From NCBI GenBank assembly GCA_030704615.1, contig JAKLZA010000348.1, forward strand, positions 1-10,514: 10,514 nt of DNA, written 5' to 3'. Shown piece by piece: positions 1 to 8,642 of this stretch (positions are counted from its first letter, which is position 1; the number at the start of each line of letters is the position of its first letter). This stretch comes from Takakia lepidozioides. Taxonomy: Eukaryota > Plantae > Bryophyta. The position numbers and the translations under genes were made by a program. The notes below the pieces were generated by a model. It was not told the DNA's origin and ran no database searches. It was given only the letters and a program-made list of their open reading frames with translations.

Positions 1-2
1 GG

Positions 3-3000
3 TCTGGTGGTTATAACAATGGCATGGAAGGGAGAGGTAATTCAAGAGGGAATTACCAAGGAAATTCCAGAGGCAACTATCAGGGTAATCCAAGGGGGAA
101 TTACCAGCCCGGGAATCAGGATTATAGAAATAATCCAAGAACAGACCAAGGGCGAGGACCCAATGGTGAAGAGCTATGTTACTATTGTAATCAGCCAGGA
201 CATCGCAAGGCAGCCTGTTCATTCTGGATAAGACACCAGAATGAGATGAGAGCTCCTGTGAATGAGGGCCCAGTGGTGGCAGCTCACATGGTTAGGCCAT
301 GTGTTGTACCAGAAGTAAGTACAATGATAGTAACAAGAAGTAAAGCCAAACTAATACCTCCAGTAGAAGAGGAAGAAGATGAGACTGGAAGTGGCAATGA
401 TATGCCTGAAGATGAAGAGACTTGGAAAGATGAGAAGGAACTGCACAAGGAAGTGGCAGATACTATAAGGGAAATGCAAAAGAGTACGGATATTCCTGTG
501 GCAGATTCCTCTGTTTCGGATGGAGAAAAAGAGGGGAGTGAGGAAGAAAGGAAAAAAGAAGATGCAGACATGCAAAGTAATGAAGAGACTTTGGCTGAAG
601 TAATATGTCAGACCAAAGCAGAAATTACCATTGGACAGCTATTAGCTGTGGCACCTTATTGTAGGCACAGGCTGTATCAGGCAATCAATCGAATTGCCCA
701 AGAGACAGGAAACACAGACCTGAACAGCAAGGTGACCAGTTATAATGTGAAGCCGGAAGGGCGAGAACCAGTCATGGACTTTGATGATTCTATGCCAGTA
801 ATCCAATTGAGAATTGGAAGCACAGAACTAACTGATGTACTGATAGATGGTGGTTCTGGAGTAAATATCATGACAGACCAATTAAGGAAGAAGCTTGGTC
901 TAAGTAACATGAAACCAGCCCCATTTACAGTAACAATGGCAGATCAAAGAAGTGTGCAGCCATTGGGATTAATAAGAGGAGTTAAGATACAGATACAGAA
1001 AATGATCTTTATGATCACAGTAACTGTATTAAAAATGGATGAAGTCATGGAGGCTTACTCCTTATTATTGGGACGTCCGTGGCTGAAACAGGCCAGGGTA
1101 TTCCATGACTGGAATTCTCAGTTATTAACCGTGCATAATGGGATACACGAGATACAAATTACCACAAAGAAATCTAGTAGATTACCTGCTACAAGAAGAC
1201 CTCGAGGAGTCAGAGAGTATGATTGGAGAGGAGGACTGGATGAGGAGCAGGAAGCTACCCTATTTGCTGCACACCCAGAGTGGGAGCAGGTTGCAGAGAT
1301 GCGGCTGGAAAGCCTAAGTTGTTTGAGAGGTATCTGCTGTGGTGTAGTGACAGCAACACCAACTGAAGAAGAAACCAGCATTTACCCATCACATTTCTAT
1401 GAAGAAAGAGAAGGAGAAATAGAAATCCTAGAAGAACCAGCCACTGTGAGCTTACAGGATGAAGTGGTGACTGGTTGGACAATCACAGCTGATGAGCAGG
1501 TGAGAGAAGTAAATGTGGGAACTCAGGAGGAACCGAGGATGGTGAAAGTAGGAGCTGATTTGGAGCCGGAATTCTTCGAAGAAGCTAAAAGCTTGTTCAT
1601 CAAATACAGAGATGTATTTGCTTGGAGCTATGAGGATCTAAAAGGGATACCACCTGAAGTCTGTCAGCATAAAATTGAACTGGAACCAGGGTCAGTACCA
1701 ATCAAGCAGGCGAGGTATAGAATGAATCCCAACTACGCACAGAAGGTTGGAGAGGAGATAAAGAAGTTGGCTGAGGCTAAGTTTATATACCCAATAGAGT
1801 ATACAACTTGGTTGTCACCCATTGTTATAGTTCCCAAGAAGAATGGCAAACTAAGAGTATGTGTGAACTATAAGAAGCTGAATGCTTGTACGAAGAAAGA
1901 TCCTTTCCCTTTGCCATTCACAGAAGCAGTATTAGACACTGTGGCAGGCCATGAGATGTACTCATTCATGGATGGCTTCAGTGGTTATAATCAAGTGCAA
2001 GTGGCAGAAGAAGACCAAGGGAAAACAGCTTTCATCACAGACTGGGGGGCTTATGCATACAAAGTCATGCCCTTTGGACTTTGTAATGCACCAGCGACCT
2101 TTCAAAGAGTGATAAGTGAATCTTTTCAAGAGTATCTGGATGATTTCATGCAGGTGTTTTTGGATGATTTCAGTGTGTACAGCTCTAAGAATGAGCACTT
2201 GCATAAATTGGAGTTATGCCTGGCCAGATGCAGGATGAGAGGTCTGGGCTTGAACCAAGAGAAGTGTACTTTCTGTGTGAACTCAGGGGTGCTTCTGGGA
2301 CACATTGTGTGTAAGAAGGGACTCCTTGTGGATCCCAGGAAGACAGAGTCCATTAAAGCCTCTCCACCACCAGTGAATGTTAAGAGTTTAAGGAGATTCC
2401 TTGGGCAAACCAGTTATTACAGAAGATTTGTCAAAAGGTATGCACAAATAGCAGCACCATTGAGCAAGCTTCTGAAGAAAGATGCAGTGTTTGCATGGAC
2501 AGCTGAATGTCAACAGGCGTTTGAGGAACTTACACTGTCAGTAACAACTACACCTGTGCTGATTAACCCTCACTGGCATGTAGTATTTCATGTTCACTGC
2601 GATGCATCAGGAGAAGCGTTGGGAGCGGTGTTAGCCCAGAATGTTACAGGGAATATAGATTCACCTGTGTACTATGCTAGCCGGTTGATGAACAGTGCTG
2701 AGAGGAACTATAGCACAACGGAAAGAGAAGCATTGGCAATGATCTATGCAGTGAAGAAATTCAGGCATTACCTATTGGGAAGAAAGTTTATGTTTTATGT
2801 GGATCACCAGGCTCTGATATATCTGGTGAACAAACCTTTGATAAGTGGAAGGATAGCGAGGTGGTTAATAATCTTGCATGAGTTTGAGTTCGAGGTTATT
2901 TACAAGCCTGGCCGTTTGCATCTTGTGGCAGATCATTTGTCACGACTAACAACAGGAGAGGCCGCCACAGGAGTGGACGATCAGTTACCTGATGCGAGTT

Positions 3001-3518
3001 TATTTGTAATGGAGGTGCAAGGAAGTGCAGATGAATGGTTAGATTGGCAGTGGCCAATCAGATACTACCTTGCTCATGGTCAGTGCCCACCTAGTTATGG
3101 TAAGGAGCAGAGGAAGAGAATCGCTATCAAAGCTTTACCTTATACTATGGTAGGAAGCAGAATGTATAAGTTAGGACCAGATCGGGTACTAAAACGATGC
3201 TTGTACCACCATGAAGTAAATAAAGTCTTGGAGGAAGTTCATAAAGGAGTGGCTGGAGGTCATTTTGGAGAAGAGACTACCAGTAGAAAGATACTACTCG
3301 CAGGATACTGGTGGCCTACTTTGTTCAAAGATGTACATGAGTATTGTCAGAAGTGTGATGAATGTCAGAGGCTAGGACCTTTGCAGAGATCTGGAAGAAT
3401 GGCCTTGCATCCTACAATGCCTACGGAACCATTTCAGAAATGGGGACTAGACTTTGTTGGACCAATTAATCCACCATCCAAGAATACACCAAAACAGGTA
3501 CATAATTACAGCCACTGA
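3..3518 (+). CDS. gag-pol: Gag-Pol polyprotein, 5'-truncated (Gag C-terminus, aspartic protease, RT, RNase H, integrase N-terminus)
   Basis: The frame is open to the window edge, so M at 24 is probably internal. Motifs: CCHC knuckle CYYCNQPGHRKAAC (177-218); protease LIDGGSG (D at 846) and LLGRPWL; RT MDGFSGYNQ (D at 1971), MPFGLCNAPATFQR and FLDD (2157-2168); RNase H CDASG (D at 2601), EREALA, DHQAL and ADHLSR; integrase HHCC (3240-3365) and WGLDFVGP (D at 3450). Confidence 0.96.
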   Translation, partial: SGGYNNGMEGRGNSRGNYQGNSRGNYQGNPRGNYQPGNQDYRNNPRTDQGRGPNGEELCYYCNQPGHRKAACSFWIRHQNEMRAPVNEGPVVAAHMVRPCVVPEVSTMIVTRSKAKLIPPVEEEEDETGSGNDMPEDEETWKDEKELHKEVADTIREMQKSTDIPVADSSVSDGEKEGSEEERKKEDADMQSNEETLAEVICQTKAEITIGQLLAVAPYCRHRLYQAINRIAQETGNTDLNSKVTSYNVKPEGREPVMDFDDSMPVIQLRIGSTELTDVLIDGGSGVNIMTDQLRKKLGLSNMKPAPFTVTMADQRSVQPLGLIRGVKIQIQKMIFMITVTVLKMDEVMEAYSLLLGRPWLKQARVFHDWNSQLLTVHNGIHEIQITTKKSSRLPATRRPRGVREYDWRGGLDEEQEATLFAAHPEWEQVAEMRLESLSCLRGICCGVVTATPTEEETSIYPSHFYEEREGEIEILEEPATVSLQDEVVTGWTITADEQVREVNVGTQEEPRMVKVGADLEPEFFEEAKSLFIKYRDVFAWSYEDLKGIPPEVCQHKIELEPGSVPIKQARYRMNPNYAQKVGEEIKKLAEAKFIYPIEYTTWLSPIVIVPKKNGKLRVCVNYKKLNACTKKDPFPLPFTEAVLDTVAGHEMYSFMDGFSGYNQVQVAEEDQGKTAFITDWGAYAYKVMPFGLCNAPATFQRVISESFQEYLDDFMQVFLDDFSVYSSKNEHLHKLELCLARCRMRGLGLNQEKCTFCVNSGVLLGHIVCKKGLLVDPRKTESIKASPPPVNVKSLRRFLGQTSYYRRFVKRYAQIAAPLSKLLKKDAVFAWTAECQQAFEELTLSVTTTPVLINPHWHVVFHVHCDASGEALGAVLAQNVTGNIDSPVYYASRLMNSAERNYSTTEREALAMIYAVKKFRHYLLGRKFMFYVDHQALIYLVNKPLISGRIARWLIILHEFEFEVIYKPGRLHLVADHLSRLTTGEAATGVDDQLPDASLFVMEVQGSADEWLDWQWPIRYYLAHGQCPPSYGKEQRKRIAIKALPYTMVGSRMYKLGPDRVLKRCLYHHEVNKVLEEVHKGVAGGHFGEETTSRKILLAGYWWPTLFKDVHEYCQKCDECQRLGPLQRSGRMALHPTMPTEPFQKWGLDFVGPINPPSKNTPKQVHNYSH
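36..107 (+). repeat. 3 x 24-bp coding repeat (GN[S/P]RGNYQ) in Gag just before the zinc knuckle
   Basis: GNSRGNYQ GNSRGNYQ GNPRGNYQ, with mostly synonymous nucleotide differences between units. Confidence 0.85.
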
Positions 3519-4677
3519 TTATACTACAAAGTGGGTGGAAGCTAAAGCTTTGAGGGACAACACAGCCAAGTCCACAGCAAGGTTCCTGTACGAGAACATA
3601 CTTACACGATTTGGATGTCCTTTAGAATTTATCAGTGATCAAGGAAGTCACTTCATGAATGAGACCATTGAGTTATTGACTAAAGAGTTTATGATTGTGC
3701 ATAGAAAGAGTACAACATATTACCCACAGGGTAATGGACAGGCAGAGGCTACCAACAAAATACTATGTACTATCTTGGCTAAGATAGTCAATGCAAACAG
3801 AACGGATTGGGATACAAAGCTGCTGACAGCTTTATGGTCATACAGGACTTCGTATAAAGTCACCACAAAGTATACACCATTCAAATTAGTTTATGGTATG
3901 GAAGCCTTACTTCCAGTGGAATTCCTGTTACCTACCATGAGAACGGAGTGGGGAAAAAGAATGGAATTGCAAGACTTCATCAAGGTCAGGAAACATGAAT
4001 TATACCATGTGGAAGAAATACGTGCTGATGCAGCTGATAATATGACCAGAATTCAGATGAAGAGAAAGGAACAGTTTGATGAAGGCAAGTTAAAGACTTT
4101 TAAGACGGGGGATTTGGTTCTATGGTTGCAAAAGAAAGGAAAGATTCAAGCTTCTAAGCTTAAATCACCATGGAAAGGACCTTATGTCATACAAAAGATG
4201 TATGATAACAACACAGCCATGTTACAAACCATTAACAAAGAAATGCTGGGAAGAGTCAATGCAAATAAGTTGAAGGGGTACAATGGTATCCATGACAAAC
4301 CCCTGCAGCATGATTTGCATGTTGAACCGCAAGAGCAGTCACGGGCTGCACCAGTGTTACGAACGGAGTATGGAACACTTGTCGCTAGGCCCAGTATATA
4401 TGACCGGGGTGGGCAAAACAAACGTGACACAGCCCATCACGGCGTGACACAGCCTATCACAGCCCAGCACGGCGCAACACAGCCTATCACAGCCCAGCAC
4501 GGCGCAACACAGCCTATCACAGCCCATCACGGCGTGACACAGCCTATCACAGCCCAGCACGGAGTGACGCAGCCTATCACAACCTACCGCAGCGTGTCAT
4601 GTCGCGCGGCTTTTACTCACCCATCCCTTCGCTATCCGAGGCGGAAACTCCAAGATAGAAGAGTTGGAAATCTCTAA
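3490..4677 (+). CDS. pol: Integrase core and C-terminus (continuation of Pol after +1 frameshift); the last ~25 codons run into the inserted LTR
   Basis: YIITATDYTTKWVEA; SDQGSHF (D at 3637) and GQAE (E at 3745) give D-35-E spacing; TPFKLVYG; KLKSPWKGPY (GPY at 4177). Removing one C near 3489 joins it to the upstream ORF as PINPPSKNTQNRYII. Confidence 0.92.
   Translation, partial: QNRYIITATDYTTKWVEAKALRDNTAKSTARFLYENILTRFGCPLEFISDQGSHFMNETIELLTKEFMIVHRKSTTYYPQGNGQAEATNKILCTILAKIVNANRTDWDTKLLTALWSYRTSYKVTTKYTPFKLVYGMEALLPVEFLLPTMRTEWGKRMELQDFIKVRKHELYHVEEIRADAADNMTRIQMKRKEQFDEGKLKTFKTGDLVLWLQKKGKIQASKLKSPWKGPYVIQKMYDNNTAMLQTINKEMLGRVNANKLKGYNGIHDKPLQHDLHVEPQEQSRAAPVLRTEYGTLVARPSIYDRGGQNKRDTAHHGVTQPITAQHGATQPITAQHGATQPITAHHGVTQPITAQHGVTQPITTYRSVSCRAAFTHPSLRYPRRKLQDRRVGNL
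4423..4599 (+). repeat. 30-bp tandem array (ggcgtgacac-agcctatcac-agcccagcac), ~5.5 units, built from 10-bp subunits; copy A
   Basis: Units start at 4441, 4471, 4501, 4531 and 4561, with a truncated unit at 4591-4599. In frame with integrase it reads (HG[A/V]TQPITA[Q/H])n. Confidence 0.95.
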
Positions 4678-5770
4678 GTACTCAGCCCGCGCAGAACAAT
4701 CAATCATGACCTACAGCTAGTGTATCATGGGGGTGTTTCCTATTTGTTTCCTTTTATCGCATTCATCTTAGCTACCTTACCATTGATAATTAAGTATCAG
4801 TTTGCTTCATCAATTTATCGGTTTCCTTAACTCCTCCATTCAATCCACAGCTTCACTCAGATCTCTCTACACAGTGTGATTGTATCGTATAAGTATCAGA
4901 TTATGATTTATCAGGTATCAGGCCGAAGCCATTATGTCTCTAATCTTCTTTCCTATATCACTATAGCTTTGCATATAACAAGCATCTACTAATCCTCTTT
5001 TCTCCTTCATCGTGCTCTCCGATCTCCGCTCCCGCCTGTCTCCGAAGTCCTCCCCGAATAATGATCCCCTCATCATTCCCCGTTCTTCCCTTTATCCTCC
5101 TATCCGCGGTTCTAACCGTTTCCCTCTCTAACCGTCGTATGTGAACTAACATGTTCCCTTCACTGGTGTTGTTCCCCACGGTCGTTCCCTGTCCTACTCT
5201 TCGTTCCCTATTATCGTGACAGCTGTGTCAAGCGATGACTGGCTGTGTTTGGCTGTGTCGGGCTGTGACTGGCTGTGTGGCTGTGCCGGGCTGTGACTGG
5301 CTGTGTGGGCTGTGTCTGGCTGTGTGGCTGTGCCGGGCTGTGACTGGCTGTGTGGGCTGTGTCTGCTGTGACGACTGTGACGGGCTGTGTTGGCTGTGTG
5401 GGCTGTGACGGCTGTGTCGGGCTGTGTTGGCTGTGACAACTGTGACGGGCTGTGTTGGCTGTGTAGGCTGTGACGGCTGTGTCGGGCTGTGTTGGCTGTG
5501 TGGGCTGTGACGGCTGTGTCGGGCTGTGTTGGCTGTGACGACTGTGACGGGCTGTGTTGGCTGTGTAGGCTGTGACGGCTGTGTCGGGCTGTGTTGGCTG
5601 TGTGGGCTGTGACTGCTGTGTCGTCTGTGACGGCTGTGTGGGCTATGTAACCCCCTTCTACAGTGCGCTGCTGTCACCCCTAAGGTTCCTGTTTGTCTCA
5701 GTCTGTGCAAAAATTAAGGGTACCCTACAGATCCCGTATAAGTGTCTAAGTCCCCTACAGTCCTCTAACA
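4600..5770 (-). repeat. Predicted 3' LTR of copy B (1171 bp, TGTTAGAGG...GCCGCGCGACA)
   Basis: Starts with TGT 3 nt after the PPT. Ends in ACA exactly where A/B similarity breaks (A: agcgtgtca|tgtcgcg; B: agcgtgtca|cagccta). The partner LTR is outside the window, so the boundaries are inferred. Confidence 0.82.
5220..5650 (-). repeat. CACAGC(C) motif array in the LTR 5' part (putative U3); 8-10-bp subunits, roughly 45 cores, with higher-order units of ~47 and ~102 bp
   Basis: The + strand reads ggctgtgtt / ggctgtgtcg / ggctgtgac... continuously. The 102-bp unit is visible as the duplicated 34-aa block in ORF 5228..5710. Confidence 0.95.
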
Positions 5771-5773
5771 TTA

Positions 5774-5787
5774 CCCCTTCCCCCCTC
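5774..5787 (-). other. Polypurine tract (plus-strand primer) of copy B
   Basis: The - strand reads GAGGGGGGAAGGGG-TAA-TGTTAG, the canonical PPT/LTR junction, just downstream of the stop codon at 5809. Confidence 0.9.
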
Positions 5788-5808
5788 AAAAAGCCGTGTC
5801 CTCACGGT

Positions 5809-6810
5809 TTACTGTTTCCGAGTAGCAAACCTTTGTGAGTGAGCACCTTGTTGACGTTGAGAGTTTCGTGGTGGGCTGTGTGTACGAGCCCGAGGTCTGT
5901 CTCTGGTTGATGGAGATGGTTGATCACTACCTGGATAAGTGAGGCCTTCTGCAGGTTGATATCGAGGTAATCTTTCCGGCATAGGAGATCCCCTTTGTTT
6001 CTTTTCTTCCATCTGAATTGCATAGTCTTCTCCCATGTCAAAAGAATTTTGTGAAGAAACAGTTGTATCAGAATCGTCATCGCCTCTCAGGTGTTTTAAT
6101 TTTCGAACTTTTTGTGGAATCATCTGGGGCATACAATGCTGTCCTACCATGTCTGGAAGTTTGCATTTTACAACCTGGTGTAACCGTTGAACAGCAAAAT
6201 TGGTGTAGACACTGAGCTCCTTGTCTGTCCAGATGAGTAGGGTACCAATTACTGGTGCAGCGTGCAAGTATTTCCATGCGATATGTCCCTTATAGAAAAT
6301 GTCATCAAGTCCGAATTTCTGTGTTGACAAATTGTTGCAGGCTGCTTGAAACCATGAACAAATTTGAGAATCCTTCTGTATCATAACTTTTGGGTCATAT
6401 AGGTACATATGAGGTGGCACCGAAGGTAATACCCAATGATCTCCACTGGAGTAACTTTGAAAGCGTGCTTGCATCTTTTGTTGCTCTATGTGGTAACGTA
6501 TCAGAAAACAAGCAGCGTAGTATAGCCCGCACCCCATGACAATACTTGCTATTTCCTTGGTCTTGGTATAAATGAGTCCATGTACAACCTGGAAAGCAAC
6601 CAATTCCCTCAACATGGTACCTGCCTCGTGCCAGTATTGTGCAAAGTGATGATCTTCAATATGTCGATTGTTTGGAAGAACTTTAGTCCTGGTTGCCACT
6701 GGCAGCCAAATACGCATGATTTGGTAGTAATGTGCGAATGACTGCGGAGGACTAAATTCTTTCCAAGCCAAATCCAACATGATGGGAATTTGGTTGAAGG
6801 GCATAATCAT
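5809..6810 (-). CDS. Extra-ORF C-terminal segment: unrecognised W/Y/H/C-rich globular domain with an acidic then Arg/Ser-rich tail
   Basis: 333-aa open frame ending ~20 nt before the PPT. No family recognised. Confidence 0.7.
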   Translation of the reverse strand: MIMPFNQIPIMLDLAWKEFSPPQSFAHYYQIMRIWLPVATRTKVLPNNRHIEDHHFAQYWHEAGTMLRELVAFQVVHGLIYTKTKEIASIVMGCGLYYAACFLIRYHIEQQKMQARFQSYSSGDHWVLPSVPPHMYLYDPKVMIQKDSQICSWFQAACNNLSTQKFGLDDIFYKGHIAWKYLHAAPVIGTLLIWTDKELSVYTNFAVQRLHQVVKCKLPDMVGQHCMPQMIPQKVRKLKHLRGDDDSDTTVSSQNSFDMGEDYAIQMEEKKQRGSPMPERLPRYQPAEGLTYPGSDQPSPSTRDRPRARTHSPPRNSQRQQGAHSQRFATRKQ

Positions 6811-8140
6811 AGCCCTACTGTATTCCCTGGCAGCTGGAGTTTTAGGTGGGTTAAAAGCTGCATTGCCCCATACTCTGGCTGTGGTGGCTGTGGTGTGGTT
6901 GTAGTAACCACAGGTTCAGCTACTGGTACACTGACCTGTTGTGGTGGTGGTGGTACTGGTTCCTGTACCATTGGCATCTCCTGCACCTCCTGTGAAGACT
7001 GAAAAGCCAGAGTTCTGGCTTGCAAATAAGAAGCCATTAGCTGTTCCTGAGGGATATAGACTCTTTGGTCGATGTTTGAAGTGAGGTCTTCCACTTGAGT
7101 CTGGAGTCCGTCTACATCCTCTTGTAACTCTGCTATCCTACTATAGACATTGTCTATAGTAGTTGTGGCAATGTTCTGCACCTGCAGTCTAAGCTCATTC
7201 ATCTCGCTTTGGGTGAGCTTCCGTGGGGCTTTGCCTTCTACTGGCCCTTGTGCTAACCAGACCTGCATAAGTCTGTTATCCACCAAGCTGCTTGTGGTTC
7301 CCCTGAGAGTTTGCTCCTCTCTTAGCTTATACAATTCCAACTGCTGTTGTAAAGCCTTCATGCGCTTCGCCTGTGGCTCAACCAATTGCGCATAGGCAGC
7401 AAGTAGATTATTGGCTTCTTTCGAAGCCTTGTTACTGACCGCGATTTCATTTCTATTGGCCACGATGGTTTGTTGCAACTCCACGATGTATTTCTCATTC
7501 TCAGCTTCCATCTGCCTGTATTGCTTGAGAGTATCTTCATTGCGACAGATTGTATTCTTCATATCGACAATGAGCTTCATATGTTCCACATTCTCTTCTT
7601 CTGCCTTCGTACATTTTTCCGCTTGACTGTTTATTTCTTTTGTTGATTGGTCAAGCATAGTTGTAAATGTAGCGCATTGTATCGCCATCCTGTTATGCAC
7701 TGTCTGCAACTCCGTATGTAGTGCATTCAGTTCTTGCAACTTGCTTTCATGCTGCACCTGCATTTGGTATAGCTGTTGCTTATGTGCTTCGTGCAACTGG
7801 TCTTGCGCGAGGCCTGCCTCAATCAATTGTTGCTTGCCAATTGCAAAGCCATTTCTGTATTGGCCAAGTCCTGCTTCATCTTGAGAGTGACCTCTTCATC
7901 GACCTTGTTTGCACACTCAGTGGCAAGTCGAGCCTCAAACTCCTTCCTGAGTTCTTCTTTCAAGGCTGTCAATTGGGTAATTGGAACATGGGTTTTGACA
8001 TAAGTCCCCAACAAATTAAGTGTCCTGCCTATGGAACTCATCAGCATTGCCTGTTGAGGGTCATCATGGTGAGGTTGCTGCTGTTCCTCCTGATCTTCAA
8101 CAGTATGATGTCTCACTAACCATTCAGACCATTGTCCCAC
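6807..8140 (-). CDS. Extra-ORF middle segments: long Q/E/K/L-rich coiled coil followed by a Pro/Gln linker
   Basis: Heptad-like stretches (LKEELRKEFEARLATE, LQELNALHTELQTVH, IAELQEDVDGLQTQVEDLTS), then EPVPPPPQQ...TTTTPQPPQPE. Frameshift at ~7830. Confidence 0.7.
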
Positions 8141-8642
8141 CGGATTTTCTTCCTGAACTACTTCATTATGACCGGTGCTACAGTGTCATGGCCTTCCGCC
8201 TGTGGTACCTCCGACACAGGTGTGTGCATTATATGTACCTCAGGATTTCTCTTGGGCAACTGTTGCACCTCTGGGATTTCTGTCTGCTTGACCAGACCAG
8301 AATATTCATAGAGAAGGTCCCCTTTCTCTATTTCTGCCACTATCTGTTCTGTAGTTGGAATATCTATCCCTTCACTTTCCAAATCAATTATTTCGGGTTG
8401 AGCTGCATGGATAACTTGTGACCTTGTGACAAGTCGTTCAAGTGGCTGTGTTGGTTGTGATGCAGAAGTAACTTCTTCCTCCCTCTCTGAAGGTCCTGCT
8501 TCCAGTAATAACATTCTTTTGTGCTGCTGTGCCCCTTCCTGGTCATGAGCTTGGGAAACATTATCATGCGGAATCCGTGAAGCCAGTGGATCCGCCACTA
8601 CAGTCTTTCCCCTTCTCTGCCTCTTAGTCTCGGGTTGTGCTG

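Larger units (their letters stand above)
1..4599 (+). mobile_element. Ty3/Gypsy LTR retrotransposon, copy A (internal region; 5' end outside window; interrupted at 4599/4600 by copy B)
   Basis: Domain order Gag-PR-RT-RH-INT is diagnostic of Ty3/Gypsy. The VFAWSYEDLKGIPP pre-RT motif and a GPY integrase tail with no chromodomain suggest a plant non-chromovirus lineage. Similarity to copy B ends abruptly at 4599. Confidence 0.95.

Noticed and set aside
3480-3518. Programmed frameshift in pol
   Set aside because: It falls inside the integrase catalytic core and a single extra base explains it, so it is a mutation or sequencing error.
4355-4360. TGTTAC as an alternative LTR boundary
   Set aside because: There is no adjacent PPT, and A/B internal similarity continues across it on both sides.
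4423-5650. CRISPR array or DGR/retron-type RT system
   Set aside because: The repeats are contiguous with no unique spacers, there are no cas genes, and the RT lies in a standard Gypsy polyprotein.
5717-5726. 10-bp palindrome AGGGTACCCT near the LTR start
   Set aside because: A palindrome of this size is expected by chance in 10 kb and has no supporting context.
5788-5808. Rho-independent terminator
   Set aside because: The context is a eukaryotic retroelement, and the hairpin plus T-run is the pre-PPT region.
5194-5838. ORFs 5194..5439, 5228..5710 and 5572..5838, plus 4357..4560, 10089..10301 and 10148..10414, as genes
   Set aside because: They are low-complexity translations of stop-free tandem repeats.
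6807-6810. ATGA stop-start overlap suggesting an operon or termination-reinitiation
   Set aside because: The downstream frame is already open upstream of the ATG, one extra G in the 6866-6869 run fuses the ORFs, and all four junctions share the same offset. A frameshifted single ORF is simpler, though not proven.
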